Notes: generated by a model not told the origin, from the sequence alone. A stretch of DNA of 64,000 nucleotides from Octopus sinensis (GCF_006345805.1 NC_043008.1:29698001-29762000), one strand, 5' to 3'; shown: positions 39,960 through 54,001, numbered from the stretch's first letter. Translations and numbers: made by a program.

Positions 39960-40635
39960 GAAACAGCCTCTCGTTGCAAAGAAAGCAAAGATCGTAAGGA
40001 TACCAACAGAATAGGTTATCCAGAGTTGATTAGAAGAGATTCTACAAAAAAATTAATGGAAAGTGTACAGATGAAAAGTAGATACAAGATAACATTGAAA
40101 GTCAAATGTTTTGGAATGATATCTGGATTGAAGACAAAGAGATCAAAAATTATACTGAATGTTTGCAAGAACTGAAGCAAACAGCAGTCTCTCCAAAACA
40201 GGCAGAAATAATGATTTCAGTTAGGGAAATGAAGGAAATCAGCTAAAAATTGGTATCTGGATGGCCAGGCGATCAGATGGAGTTGAAGGCTACAGGATCA
40301 AAAGATTTCATGAATGCCATGCACGAATAGCTGCACAAATCAACACCTTTATAAATGCCGACCAAGTAACACCAGAGTGGTTCACAATGAGTAGGACAGT
40401 GCCTGAAAATCATCGAAAAATGCAATACGGTAGACAATTACAGGTATATATCCTACTTGCCACTTAAGTAGAAATTATTGACTGGAGTAGTCGCTGAGCC
40501 ACTGTACGACATCTGGAAAAAATGGAGTCCTGTGATATGAGCTGAAGGGTTGCAAGCGTATGTGCAGAGGAACGAAGGCTCAATTCCTGGCGGACAAAAC
40601 TCTACTTAGAGATTGCAAGACGAGGCAACCTAAGG
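39960..40635 (+). mobile_element. Decayed R4/Dong-like LINE RT N-terminal fragment
   Basis: DGVEGYRIKRF, PEWFTMSRTV, VDNYRYISYLP, KLLTG, KGCKRMCRGTKAQFLADK, KLWID; frameshifted. Confidence 0.85.
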
Positions 40636-41013
40636 TAGCCAAGTTATGGATCGATAAATGTTAATGGTATATTCCTTCAATGCCATTGTCATCCAGTATT
40701 CTTTTATAGGTGTAAAAACTGGGGTTATCATTAACATTTATCATTTTCCGATGAAAGCAAGATTTTATACAAAATTGCAACTCTGCTTATTACTGGCAAA
40801 CTCCAGCTAGATGCAAGTCCCTTAGAAGCCAGACCCGAGAATTTTAATTGGTCTGTTACATAGTTTACTTTCTTGTCAAAAACTTTATTATTTGATCAGG
40901 CTATATTCGGATATTTGAAGTCATTAAATAAATATTTGCATAGATCTGTAACTAAATGAACTGAATTCAGAAAAAAATTTTGTTTCAGTGTCCACAATTG
41001 CTATCCTAAAATA

Positions 41014-41195
41014 CCGTATTTTAACGTGTATAAGGAACCCTCCTGTATAATGAACCCCGGAGATTCTTGGGTTTAGAATTTGGAAGAAAGATTTTGTAAG
41101 GGTTTATAATACTATCCCTGTATAAGAAGCTCCACTATTACTTTAGCCTAATTTTTGAAAAACAAAAAGGATTTATTTTACACGTTAAATTATAG
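41014..41195. mobile_element. MITE with Tc1/pogo-type TIRs and TA target duplication
   Basis: TA-ccgtattttaacgtgtataa at the left end and ttttacacgttaaattatag-TA at the right; imperfect TIR of about 20 bp. Confidence 0.6.
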
Positions 41196-43249
41196 TATCT
41201 TCCTCTTCAATTGTATTTGAAAACTGTTATACGCCATTTGTGAATAGTCTGGTGTATAGTGCCGATTCTACTTTGATATCAGCAGTGTTCATGCAAAATG
41301 AAGAAATTCAAAACAAAACCTTATTTTATATGTTCTCTCATGAGTTTGGTCGCCGTGAACAACATTATATGAATGATATTAATCTTGCAAGCCACATTGA
41401 TTTCAATTTAGTTAATTATTTTAAGCAGATTCGGAATAAATTATTGTAAAATATATTCTGCAATAATATAACGATCCTTATAAATATTATCGTTGTAAAA
41501 GATGTACTAAATTGGTCATTAACTGCGAAATATTGCCCTTTTATTTTGTAATTATAAACTGTGCGTTTTAGGAACATGTTCATTATATTATACTGCATTT
41601 ATACCACACACATATTTTATGCTGCACTTTCATGACACCACTACCTTGCTAACTTTAGTATTGCAATGCTGTAGGTTGAAGCAAGTTATCTATGGTTTGC
41701 GCAAAACATTCCTTACTATCACCCAGGTTGTCTTTCTTTTTTGTCCTCGATATACAATGCCTAAAATAACTTTGTGCACAGATTACGTCTTCCCCGCTTC
41801 CGTTAGTTTATATTTTCTGATACCTTAAAATGTTCATATGTGTTCAAATCAACTTATTGATTTATTATTAAAACTATACAAATATATTACGATCCATTTA
41901 TACTCATATATTTTCAAAGACGTTCTCACATTGTTGATTTTGAATTTAGTTCTTGTCAGACACATATACACATTCACACGTAAACTTAAACAAACACATA
42001 TACATACACTCATACTCCACAAACCCACGCGCACATGTATATATATTTATTTTTACATGAAGTACCAGAAAATGTATGCAAATTGAAAGATTATAATATT
42101 GAAATACATTTCATATTCAAAATTTACAGACAGAATGTAATTTTATTTAAGAATATTTATTTTCAAACTGACCGTTCTTGTTCTCGCCCTGCTGATAACA
42201 CAAAATAATGGAAACCCGACGACTAAAGATGTTGTTCCGTATTTATGCAAATTCTTGATCAATGGCTGCCCCCAGTTTGTCGACTGTTGACGTTTATTTC
42301 ACCGTAAATATTATTTTCTATGTAGACTCATCAAAAGTTCATACAACTGGGGGTGTATTCTACTACACCTCTTCATCTAATCCAACTGTTTGGTGAAATC
42401 TTGTAATGGATAGGTCCTGCCCTTCCATTATTATGTTAATCTGAGTTTTCCTCGTCTTGCTGGAAATAAAACTCATCTCCAAATACTCTTCAATAACTAT
42501 TGAATTTCAAATAGTAAAAGACACGGTATCTTCAAAATATAATGATCCAGTTATTACCTTTGGTAATGAGTCACACTAAATTGTACCCCTGCTAAATTTA
42601 CACGCTGTTCTTCCATGATATACGGATTTTAAGATCTGTAGTAGGTGCGATTGTGGGGGTTATTTGTGACATGTAATCTAAACATAACCTGACATATAGG
42701 GTTGCATCAAATTCTATATTAATGCATTCTGAATGTGAGTTCCTTCTGAAAGACTGCATTCTATGAGTATCGAATATTTTATCGAATATTTTATACCTAC
42801 GCATAACGAAATATATTTGATATTATTATGATATTTCAATATAATTTATATTATACAATCTTTAGTAGAAGTGAAATGTTTTGCCGGGAATCTACAATTC
42901 ATGGCACAATGACATCTTATATATGCGATGAAATGATAAGATCCATGATATTTTTAATACAGTGAATGTGAAACAGAAGTGATATGTTTACATAAGGTTT
43001 CAGCGATACTAAAATAGATACTTTGCGAATTTTTAGCATTGGTGTAGTATTACCATCTGAGAATTTGGTAGCTATTGATCAGGAAGAGCAAAATACAATT
43101 GATATCACAATGAATACCTGATTTGTGGTTCGGTATTTTATCTCAAGGAAGAATGCAATGACCTAGCGGCATCTAACATCATTTACTTCGTGTAATACTT
43201 TCTGATTAAGTTAGTTGTATATTAACGTAAATTGTACAAGGATGTCTTA

Positions 43250-43650
43250 CCTCGAAAAAGCTATTTTATTTGATGTTACCACAGGCAATTTACTCAGATA
43301 GGTTTTCCAAACCTCGTGAGCTAAGATCGACTAGATACAGATAATAATCGAATGGCAGTGTCTGAACACTTTCTTGTTTATTGACTTTAGTAGCTTGATG
43401 AATAGTTTATAACAATGTCCTACGGGACGATGTGTTTCCCATAGTTCAAGGTACACAGTATCTTTTTAACACACTGGGTCTCAAAGCGAAATTTCCTAGG
43501 ACGAGATACCGAAGCCTTAATACTTTTAAACAACACACATATGTCATCAATAATGTTTGTGTATCCTATAGTAGATACATGAAGTGGGTACATTAACCTA
43601 ATGTTCAAAAGACTGTCAAAATATTCAACAGCCTTAAAGAATTTTTGATA
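43250..43650 (-). mobile_element. Possible decayed RT fragment (PLE-like)
   Basis: Only IIDDICVLF and a downstream KIAF(F)EV-like remnant; heavily degraded. Confidence 0.3.
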
Positions 43651-44049
43651 CATATGAGCTTCTATTAATACATGTGAACAGGATTTTCACGGATTTCAGA
43701 GAAATAATTAGACAATTGGCTTGTATATTCAACAAATTCCTCATCTAAAGAAAAGTGGTGCTACTAGTTCGCGTAACGTCAATGTTACCACTCTATTCAA
43801 GAACAGGGGCATCTTAAATAAGATCTCAGTCCAAATAGTATCGATGTGTGGTGTGCTAGTTTGTTTAATTGTGTGTGTATGTGTGAGTGCACATATATTT
43901 GTATTATGAGGGAGTTCAGCTTAAGTTTATGGGGGCTTGTGTCTTATACGCATAATGATCACATATTGTATACTGTTGAGATTTCGAGAACACATTTGTC
44001 AAGTTGAAGGGGTGGCAATGTAACGGACGGCCATGATTCAACTTTAGAA

Positions 44050-44290
44050 GTATGAATTGTTATGTATGCACATTGATAATGTTTCTTCACTAATATTTAA
44101 AACATTCATTTTTGTTCCAGTATAAGTTTTACTAATACCGTTCAAATCCGCATTTGGCCTTGAAAAGTATATTTTTCTTAGGCAGCTATTGTCCAGAGGA
44201 CAAGAGTATGGAGATCTAAAATTACAAGAACTGTAGCGGATATTTCTAATCATGTTATTTTTATTTTGCTTGAATACAATTAATCCTATA
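44050..44290 (-). mobile_element. Decayed PLE endonuclease fragment
   Basis: SCNFRSPYSCPLDNSCLRKIYF...KTYTG resembles the CNC..CPL.G.C motif followed by GIY-YIG. Confidence 0.6.
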
Positions 44291-45096
44291 TTAGGGAGGC
44301 AACTATAGCTAACTTTACCCGTTTTGATATTGAAGATATTGTTTGATTACGAGAGTAAAGGAAGTGTTTATCTATGAGTTAGTTTTAGGAAATTTCTGGC
44401 TATGGTACAAGCTACACTTATGTTATATGGGGGGATTTTTCTCTGTCTGCGTCTTCTTCGTTTATCTATATTTGGTGCGATGTAATCTGCAATACTCTGA
44501 ATGTTCGACCAATATAATACGGCGTTGTAGTATGGAACAGCCTTTTTGAAACTTCCTTTATCAGTAGATAGATTACAAACGAGGCTGTTAATATTATTAA
44601 CTAATTCGTTTTATGCTTGAAGGTGGGTGATTAGAGAATAGTAAATATGTCAGACATCAGCAATTGGTTTATGGTAGGGTTTATATTTGCCTATACTAAG
44701 GCTCATGTGAGTGTGGGGAAATAAAATTCTTTAAGTGTAATTCCTCTGTTTATGTTGTTAAATAGGTTGCATAATTTATACTTATCTAATCAGATTGGAA
44801 ACAAATTATGCAAACTATTTAACCTTTCCATGTGTACCACTCCAAGGCAGTCGTCCTTATATGGATATATGTGTATATGTATAAAAAATATATGCATGTA
44901 AACTCTCATGTATAGACACATAAGCTTGCTCACAAACAAACACCCACATGTATATATGTATACATATGGAGAGAGACAGACAAACAAATAGAAATAGATA
45001 TAAATATGCATATATGATTACTACATTCATCTCTTATAGAAACTTTCTAACTAGCACCTTTGCTTTTATACACGCACACAAACACACACACATACC

Positions 45097-45130
<34 letters not shown>

Positions 45131-45582
45131 CGCAAAGAAAGTTCTGTTCATGCATAAAGTATTCATCCATGCATATATTTCAGTATATAAAAATATATAT
45201 ACAGGCAATCATGTATTAATTTCTAAAAATACATTCGCACCAATGTTAAAAGAGAATATATATATATACTAACGTATAAAGAAACGCATAAATATATAGA
45301 AACACACGTACCAGTCCAAACATATCTGTCTATTTGCAACACGCTTATACATGGTTGGCCAGATATCACCGACATTAAATCAAAGTTCCATGAGTAGTTA
45401 TTATTCAATTTTATTTATTCGTTCCAATTTTAAATGTTTGATAATTGAATGCTGTGAGTGCAAGCCACTGTTTTCTCTTTCCAACATTTCCCTATTTATC
45501 AGCGAAATGTCATAAAATGATTTCTTGTTTTAATCTTGGAATTTTTGGTTTTGAGTTACTGTCTGGTGACTTTTGGCCAAAC

Positions 45583-45656
<74 letters not shown>

Positions 45657-46734
45657 CGAAGGAAGGCAAAACACTTATATTAATTGCTACTACGCAGAAG
45701 CAGGAGATGTTTCATCATGTAACACGACTCCATATCATATTACCCTTAGCGAATAGTGTCATGTATAGAGGGAGGAAGGGAGGGGGAGATAGAGAGAGAA
45801 ATGAATGTGATATTGGATGGAACAAAGATATGACTGAACAACGGCAGTGAATGGACTGAGAGACGGCGTACAATAGCATTTGTTCAATAAGTAATGCTTA
45901 CCTAATTAACAAGGAAATCTTTATATAATATTGTTATTCAAATCATTGAGGAAAACTTAGTATTGGTGACTATGGTATTTCTGTATTGAAATTCCCATCT
46001 TGATCCTCTCAATAGAATTACATATTAATGATTTTCGACATTTTGCGATTTAAATTCGATGAAGCCTATTTCGAATATCCTTTGAAAATGTTTAACCTAA
46101 TTTTCTCACAATAAAGTGACGTAGTAAAACTGTCGTGCATTTTATTTCCACTGACCTTTATACAATAGCACTAACTAACACTTGTTCGGTAAACTTTATT
46201 CCGAATATTTATCTTTCATGTCCATCTCAAAATTATAGTATTAGAATCGGTTATTCTTGTGTAATGTAAATAACTGCTATTAATAATGCTGGACCCTTTG
46301 CCCGTATCAGTCTCACACAAAGGTAAACTAATTGTAATTTACTGTGTACTCTCTGTCAATATAACTGAATTTCATATAATACTCTGCGTTGCTGTCAGGA
46401 ATAAACTGTTATACTATACCATTCTCGTACGTTGCTATTTCTTCTATAACGATAAGACAATCATCTGAGTAATAAATGTAATAATTTAAAATAAAAATGG
46501 TTAAATGTGTTAGGAATATACTATTCACTAACTCTACAGCTGTAATAGTGTTTCAATACGGCAAAAATGAATGGCAGAATATCTATAAGGTTTACAAAAT
46601 TCTCAACTTAAGGAGGACATTTCAATTCAGTAGCCTCATCAAACAGTTGAAAACATCATAGATATAAAATATTACGATTTCATTTCATGACCATGCACAG
46701 AGAGATAAACGTTTATATATATAATGCAATATAA

Positions 46735-47765
46735 TATAATATAGATGATATAAAAATGAATGCATACATACACACATATATGGACATACCTACATATATA
46801 TGTATATATACATGTATACATGGGTACAGGACATAAAAAAACGTAGACAGAATGAGAATCGAGAACATAAAAACAAAAACATAGAAAACTTTTTTTCGAA
46901 CAAGGAAAAAAACAAACAAACAGATAAACGAGATACGAAACATAAAGAACATTCACTTCATCAGTTGTCACCTGTTTTATCTACTCCGCGTTTCGAAGGT
47001 AACGGCAATTCGCAGCTTCGTTAAAAGAGTCCTTCCTGCAAAGCAAATTAAATAAAATTTGGGACTTTTTGCGAAGGGTGAAAGTGGTAACAAAAATAGG
47101 ACAGTGAGAACGAAACAGTAAAAACAAACGGAGAGGGCTGTTAAGGCAAGACGATGTGAAGGGTGAACGCTGGAAAAGCGAGCTTTGAGAAGAGGCAGAT
47201 CTTGTCTTTAGGGAGGAAGTGATAGAGATAATGGCTGTTGGTGACGTGTGAGCAACGAGAGAGTCAAGGAAGAGTGAGGGAGAGAGAGCGGGAACGGTGA
47301 AGGGGAGAGGAGAAGAATAAGGAAAGGGTACGAGAGAAATACACAAAGGAAGAAGAACAAGGGAGGGATATTGATAAACAGAAAGACGTAATTATTACGA
47401 TAAAACTTACTTGGAAAAGGATGCGTGACTTTCGATCATATAATATAAGTATGAATATATATGCATATACACATACATATATGTACGTACCAACATATAT
47501 ATGCATATATACATGCATATATGGGTACAGGGCATCGAAATGAGAAACGAGAACACAAAAAAACAAAACATAGACAACGAACGATATTTTAACAACTAAA
47601 AACAAAGAGAAACGAGACATGTAACATAAAGCTCATTCCCTTCATCAGTTGTCCTCTGTTTTATCTACTCCGCGTTTAGAAGGTAATGACAAGACGCGAC
47701 TTCGTTAAAAAGTCCTTCGCGCAAAGCAACTTAAACAAAATTTGGGATCTTTTGCGAAGGTTGAA
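46735..47765. repeat. Diverged direct repeats of about 330 bp (about 46735-47075 and 47440-47765), period about 684 bp
   Basis: ttcatcagttgtc at 46957 and 47641; shared ctactccgcgttt and cttcgttaaaa blocks; purine-rich spacer. Confidence 0.85.
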
Positions 47766-47930
47766 AGTGATATATATATACAAATATATATATATTTATA
47801 CAAGTTCAGCAAAAACTTAGATTCAAATGAATATGGTACTTAATTTAGATGCACCAGAATTCTATATGGTGTTAACCATAAAAATCCGTGGGGTGATTAT
47901 AATCAAAATAAGCAACAAGAATGACTCCGG

Positions 47931-48023
47931 TAATTTGGTACGATCGTTTCGTACTACATCATTTTATTAAATGTTGTAAGTATTACAACAGTTTTAAAAT
48001 ACTGAGCACTCATCAGACAATTA
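47931..48023 (-). ncRNA. Type I hammerhead ribozyme, left arm of the foldback
   Basis: Reverse complement of the right-arm motif: tcatcag 48010-48016, tacgatcgtttc 47939-47950. Confidence 0.7.
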
Positions 48024-48300
48024 TAGAGGTTTACCATTAATACAAAAATGTTCATATCAAGTGGCAACATTATAGAGAAGGTAGATACATAGACGAAGAT
48101 GTGGATTTAAATTTTAAGAACATTTGAGGTAGTGGAGCCCATCAACTGACTGACTAAGATTCAGTTGTTCCAGACTACTGTAAGGTTCTGAGAGGGAAGA
48201 ACGTTCTTAAAATTTAAATCCACATCTCTGTCTATGTATCTACATTCTCTATAATGTTGCCACTTGATATGAACATTTTTGTATTAATGGTAAACCTCTA

Positions 48301-48390
48301 TAATTGTCTGATGAGTGCTCAGTATTTTAAAACTGTTGTAATACTTACATTTAATAAAATGATGTAGTACGAAACGATCGTACCAAATTA
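48301..48390 (+). ncRNA. Type I hammerhead ribozyme, right arm of the foldback
   Basis: CTGATGA 48308-48314; stem II gtgct/agtac; GAAA 48371-48374; palindrome CGATCG; GUA triplet. Stem I is imperfect (U-C mismatch next to the core). Confidence 0.7.
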
Positions 48391-49192
48391 CCGGAGTCAT
48401 TCTTGTTGCTTATTTTGATATATATTTATAAATATATATATATATACAAAGAATACAAAAGTTTGTGAGAAGAAGTGCGTGTGTGTGTTTGTGTGTTTTT
48501 GTGTGTGTGTGTGTGTTTGTGTGTTTTTGTGTGTGTGTGTGTGTGTTTGTGTATGCACCATCCCGCCTATGAGAACTGAATCGGTGACCTCACCATGCAG
48601 GTCGGATTTTGCCAACACAATACTGACCATTCCTAATTTTCCATTTGGTTATTTTTTATAGATTTAAATCTCCCCCGCCCCACTATTCTTAATTCCTACT
48701 AATCTTATTTTCTATTTTTATTTTTTAATTATATATTTATTTTTTTATAAATTCACTTACTTTTCTCTTCTATTTCCCCTTCTTCGCCTTCTCTCTTTTT
48801 TTCTTTTGTTGTTGTGGTGGTTCTTCTTCTTCTCCTCCTCCTTCTTCTCTTCTTCGTCCTCCATATTCTTCACACATGCTTTCGTATTCTTTATATACTA
48901 TATATTCATTATATATTTTATACTTTTTATTTTTATATCTTTTATATCATTTATTCTATTTTTATATATTTTCATATTTTTTTATATTATTATTTTTTTT
49001 CTTTGCTATTTAAGCAACCAGTTAATCATACATTTTCAGTCTGAAAAGGGCTACATGAAGCTTGAAACCCATATCAAAATAATTAATTGTAAATATTAAT
49101 ATCAAGATTAAAGTAGAAATTACACCAACAGATAAGACACCTCTACTCATTCTTTCAAACATATATAGTACTGTACTAAGAACATTTTATTG

Positions 49193-49229
<37 letters not shown>

Positions 49230-49771
49230 GTGTGTTTGTTCAACTTACAAGGAAAGATCCAGAAGTACATAGTTACCAGAGTAGCTAAATGTCTCATAGG
49301 AAATTAACAATACTCTTGCATGAGGCATAATTCTGAGAAGGGAGACGTTTTGGAAAACATAAGAGAAATGGAAAATGCAGAAAAACGCACAAAATGTTAT
49401 TTAAATCGTTTATATCACCATATAACCGACACATGTCTCGTAATCCAGGAGGAAGAATAATGTGGAATAATGTATCAATCCTATCGGGGTGATTTATAAA
49501 CAATAGTGTTCATTAATAAGGTGTAAGAAAATATAATATATAACATATAATGTTTCAAAAACAAAGGTTGATAGGGAACGCTAGTAATTTTAAAATACAG
49601 TTAAGAAATCTGACGTCATAGGACGAGAGAAAAAATTAAAGGAGTAATAGAGGGATAAACAAATAGAATGTGAATGATAAATGGATAGCAATTATAAAGG
49701 AAAGAATGGAAGGTATGGGATGAAAAGAATAAAATGATAGTTGCAGATATTATTAAGCAAAAGGGAATATA

Positions 49772-50960
49772 TTATTTGAAACAGCCGAAAGTGTATTTTT
49801 TCCAATGTAAACAACGTTAGATATGCTTTTTATAGTTGCTGACCAAAGTGGGCATAGACAAAATAATAAATCGTTGTTCGTCCGTACAAAGAGGGAAAAA
49901 AGATTTGCATTTATCATAAGGGATTGATCTTGACAAATCTTCACAATCCAAAGAAAATTTCTTAGTACAGTCTTTGAGATGCCTTTGAGAATACCTGTAG
50001 TAATACGTTTATTAATATATATTACGTTTATTAATAAATGTAGAAATATGATTGATTAAGCGCTTTTTGTTTTAAATACAGTGCAACATAAAAATATATT
50101 TTCGTTCCTAAAGAAATTTTACATTGATAAACATTTTTAATTTCGAAATTTCCATTGAGAATGCAAGTTTTATTCGGAGCATAATTACAAGTAATATTGC
50201 AATTGATATTATCATTTAAGAAGCGATTATCATTATTAATATTACTGGTATTATAATTATTACGCGAAACCCTTTTACCGTTAAGAATATAGTTGTTATG
50301 CCAGATCATTTGTAGGAGATTATTATTAGTGCTGGAGAATGAGATTCTGATATGATGAAGGTTCAGAATAGAGTGAAACCTCAAATTTCGGGTAGGTTCC
50401 TTTCATTGGCTTCACGAAATATGTAAACAAGGTTACTTTTAATTTGTTTTCCCAAAATAATAACAAACCAAATCGTTTTAGAAGGTTCATGCAACTTATA
50501 GGGAGTTTCTGAATTTGTTTTTTACTGAAAAAGAATGTGGAAGTATAGACTGTTTATTTTAAAAGTTACCAAGGTTGGGTTTTTTACTATTTCCGTATGA
50601 GGAATTATTATCTGAATTATTACATATAGAAGAAAATTTATGGGTATTATTATTAGTAGTAGTTGTATAACGTCTATCAACCAGCTCATTAGAAGCTAAA
50701 CTAGGATCAAGAAGGTTATAATATTTAATTAGCTCCTTATATCCTGCCTAATATGATGTTAACATTAGCGGATAATGTAGAGAGCCGAAGCGAAACGTTT
50801 TTAACTAGATTTTTTGTTACATTATTAGGATTACTGCTAAAAAACCAAGCTGATATATTTAGATTGGTTGAATGTTTATGGTATTGGTAATGCAAAGCGG
50901 TATTTAAGTTGTAAGGTCAGAGAATTTAACTTTTGCTCTATCATCATCAAAGAGTCTGTC
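49772..50960 (-). mobile_element. Decayed 5'-truncated PLE related to the 32.5-37.2 kb element
   Basis: Minus-strand peptides in the same order as the intact element: YHKHSTNL...NLVKNVSLRLSTLSAN, TIWFVIILGKQIKSNL, SILNLHHIRISFSSTNN, IKNVYQCK, RCLHWKKYTFGCFK*. Confidence 0.85.
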
Positions 50961-51012
50961 GTGATGATTAAAAAAACCTAACACACAAAACATCTTGGGG
51001 TATAATTTTTCC

Positions 51013-51093
51013 CCCTCTGAAGAGATTATGGACGGAAATATGATTTTAATATATATTTAACTTCGCTGAGCTTAAATGAAACAGCTGTAAGGG
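51013..51093 (+). ncRNA. Type I hammerhead ribozyme, weak stem II
   Basis: ccct-CTGAAGA (51017-51023)...GAAA (51078-51081)-CAGCTG-TA-aggg; perfect 4-bp stem I. Confidence 0.6.
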
Positions 51094-51312
51094 ATAATAA
51101 TCGATTTTTCTTATTATAAACTCTCATTAACTTCAATATCTCTGTTTTTCTATTCTTCGTTTGCATGATAATAAACCATGGTTTATATATAAGCCTATTA
51201 TTTTATGGATTTAAAACTACCCCCAAAATATTAGGCATTGAACCAGCATTTCCATAGATGATAGCATACTTTCATGAAGCCAACATAACCTCTATTTGAA
51301 TAATATATATAT

Positions 51313-51397
<85 letters not shown>

Positions 51398-51479
51398 CTA
51401 CACACATACATACATACAGTTATATGGACAAACATAGACACACAAGCACACACACATATATATACATATACATATATAA

Positions 51480-51643
51480 GACGGGCTTCTTTCAGTTTTC
51501 GTCAACCAAATCCACTCACAAAGCTTTGGTCGGTCTGAGGCTATACTAGAAGACACTTACCAAAGGTCCCACACAGTGGGACTGAACCCGGAACTATGTT
51601 GTTGTTAAGCAAGCTACTTACCACACACCCACTCCTGCGCCTA
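51480..51643 (-). mobile_element. 5' half of a CORE-type SINE
   Basis: Reverse complement aggcgcaggagtgg...gggttcagtcccac...aactgaaagaagcccgtc. Confidence 0.8.
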
Positions 51644-53924
51644 TTAACTGTTAACTCCGATGAAAGATTTCCTTGCAATCGAGATTGATATCGTTTTTAT
51701 TTCCAATTTTCCAAAATATAATCGGGCAATTTCTCCTTTTTGATTGCTTTGCTCAGTTTCGTTTGACAGTTGTATCCTGATCTTAGCAGCTAACTGCTAT
51801 GTAATATTTGCAAAATTGTTTAAACAGATCTAATTAATACATCGAAGTATTGTGATTACCACATTTATTAATTTTGTAATATATTGACCGCGAAAGTTTA
51901 ACTTTGCAGTAACAGCAAATACGTTTTGCTTATTTTATGATCAAACGATATTAATGATGCCTCACATGATCTGATTGTTAAGCAGGCAGAAATAAAATCG
52001 AAAATCAACACCATCTGTTGGTTAGTAGTTTAGTTATTCCATTAAAATCACTCCTCTTCTCTCTCCGCAATGGCGACTATTCACAGAAAACAGACGACAC
52101 ACAATTATTTAAAAGCTATATACCATTGCATATTTCGTACAAGACACCAATCATTAATAGGGAAATTGTTTGTAAGTATCTTCCACAACCAGACCACAAT
52201 ACATTTTCAGAATGGAGACATTACTACAATGAAGTAAATGGTATTTGAAAAAGTGTGGATGCTGTAATAAGGACGTAAATTATCATTTCTACCACTGGGA
52301 ATCATTTCAAGCTCACAAAAGAGAAACAGCCAGCAAATAAATTTGTTTAATTAACAAGAAAACAGGCGATTATATTCTATTTTTCTTTTGCTTAGTCACA
52401 TTTGCAACACAGCTTTTCGGCGCAAAGAAAACAATTGGATAACTGCTGGGAATTTAGTAATAGGGCGATTGCAGTTATTTCAAAGATATATCATGGGTGG
52501 AATGAGCATAAATAATTTCAGGGTAGAAATAATAGTGAAATATATAAAATGATATATTAAATGTTTAGTGCCAGGAATGAAATTTTTTATGATGATTGGC
52601 ATGACACATATATAGCAACACTGAGCGGGATTTAGAAGGCAACAATGATTATGAATATTCTCATATGGTTATATTATATAAATATATATACACATGTTCA
52701 TATGTAATATATTTTAGAAATGTGAAAGGATACACTATAACTTCAGCTTTCATGTGATGATCTCCATAAACTAATTTTAAATTAAATACTAACCTTAAAG
52801 CGGGTTGTTAAAAATTTCAATTTATATTGATAGTTTTTTTGCACACACACGCTTCACAATGTATGATGACGTTTTAGATGCGTCGCTAATCTGTAGAAGG
52901 ATTGTAGTGATCGGAACTTGTACAATGATATAGGCATTTACCACTACTTCAAAACTGCATGCTTATACACACTGTAATGTTTCTTGTAAGCATATCAAAT
53001 AATAATATACTGAATTTGATTAACGCTAACCATATTAGTTCTGAAATTGATATTTACAAACTATAGTTTTGATGGGTACGGAAATTCATTAAAATCGTTT
53101 TTCAAAATATCCTTATCGAATCAGAGATATCTTTATAGAATTTATTATATGATTTCATTTCAATTGTCAAATATATATCACGAATTATATATGGGTGCGT
53201 GGGTATATGGTGAAAGCAAACAGGTAATCTTCCAAGATTTAAGTTACGCTCGACAGCCATCGTTTTTTACCAACAGTCAAATAACAAAACCTAAACGAGA
53301 ATAACAGACAAATAATTCTTCATAGGAATACTTGATATATTTATATGCATATAAATACATATGGACAGTGGTTGTGTTAACCTCAAAAAAGGATGGTGTA
53401 ATCCAAGCAAATATTAGTTCAATTCCCAGCATTTGGAGGAATTAATCTCCTTAAAATTAAAGGTATTCATACATAAACATATGGTTTATATTCATATAAA
53501 TGAAGAAAAAGAAAATGGAGAGTGGGGAGTTAATGATTGTTTATTATTCACACCAAATTAATCATCTTCCCGTACAGCTGTTTCAGTTATAACTCAGTAA
53601 ATATCAAGTAAATATAAATATTAAATTTATATTATATGAGCATAATATCCATATTATGAGTCTGATATAATGAATCTATAACACATATAAAACATTCAAG
53701 GGTATACTTCAATCTGAAGATATTATGCACAGATCATATAAATATAAACTTAATATTTCTTTAATATTTACTGAGTATTAACTGAAACATCTGTAAGTGA
53801 AAAGAATATATTTGCTGTTAATAATACAAAAATTATTAACTACCAATCTCCATCTTTTTCTTATTTTATAAGTGTGTGTATGTATGTATGTATGCATGTG
53901 TGTATGTGCGTGTTTATGCATATT

Positions 53925-54001
<77 letters not shown>

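Larger units (their letters stand above)
47902..48419. repeat. Foldback element: about 220-bp near-perfect inverted repeats with an 81-bp spacer
   Basis: 47902-48121 is the reverse complement of 48203-48419, with one 3-nt indel and a few mismatches. Confidence 0.95.

Noticed and set aside
51655-51700. HHR-like ccgatga-aagatt...aatc-gaga
   Set aside because: Both core halves are mutated and there is no stem I or III; too degenerate to call.
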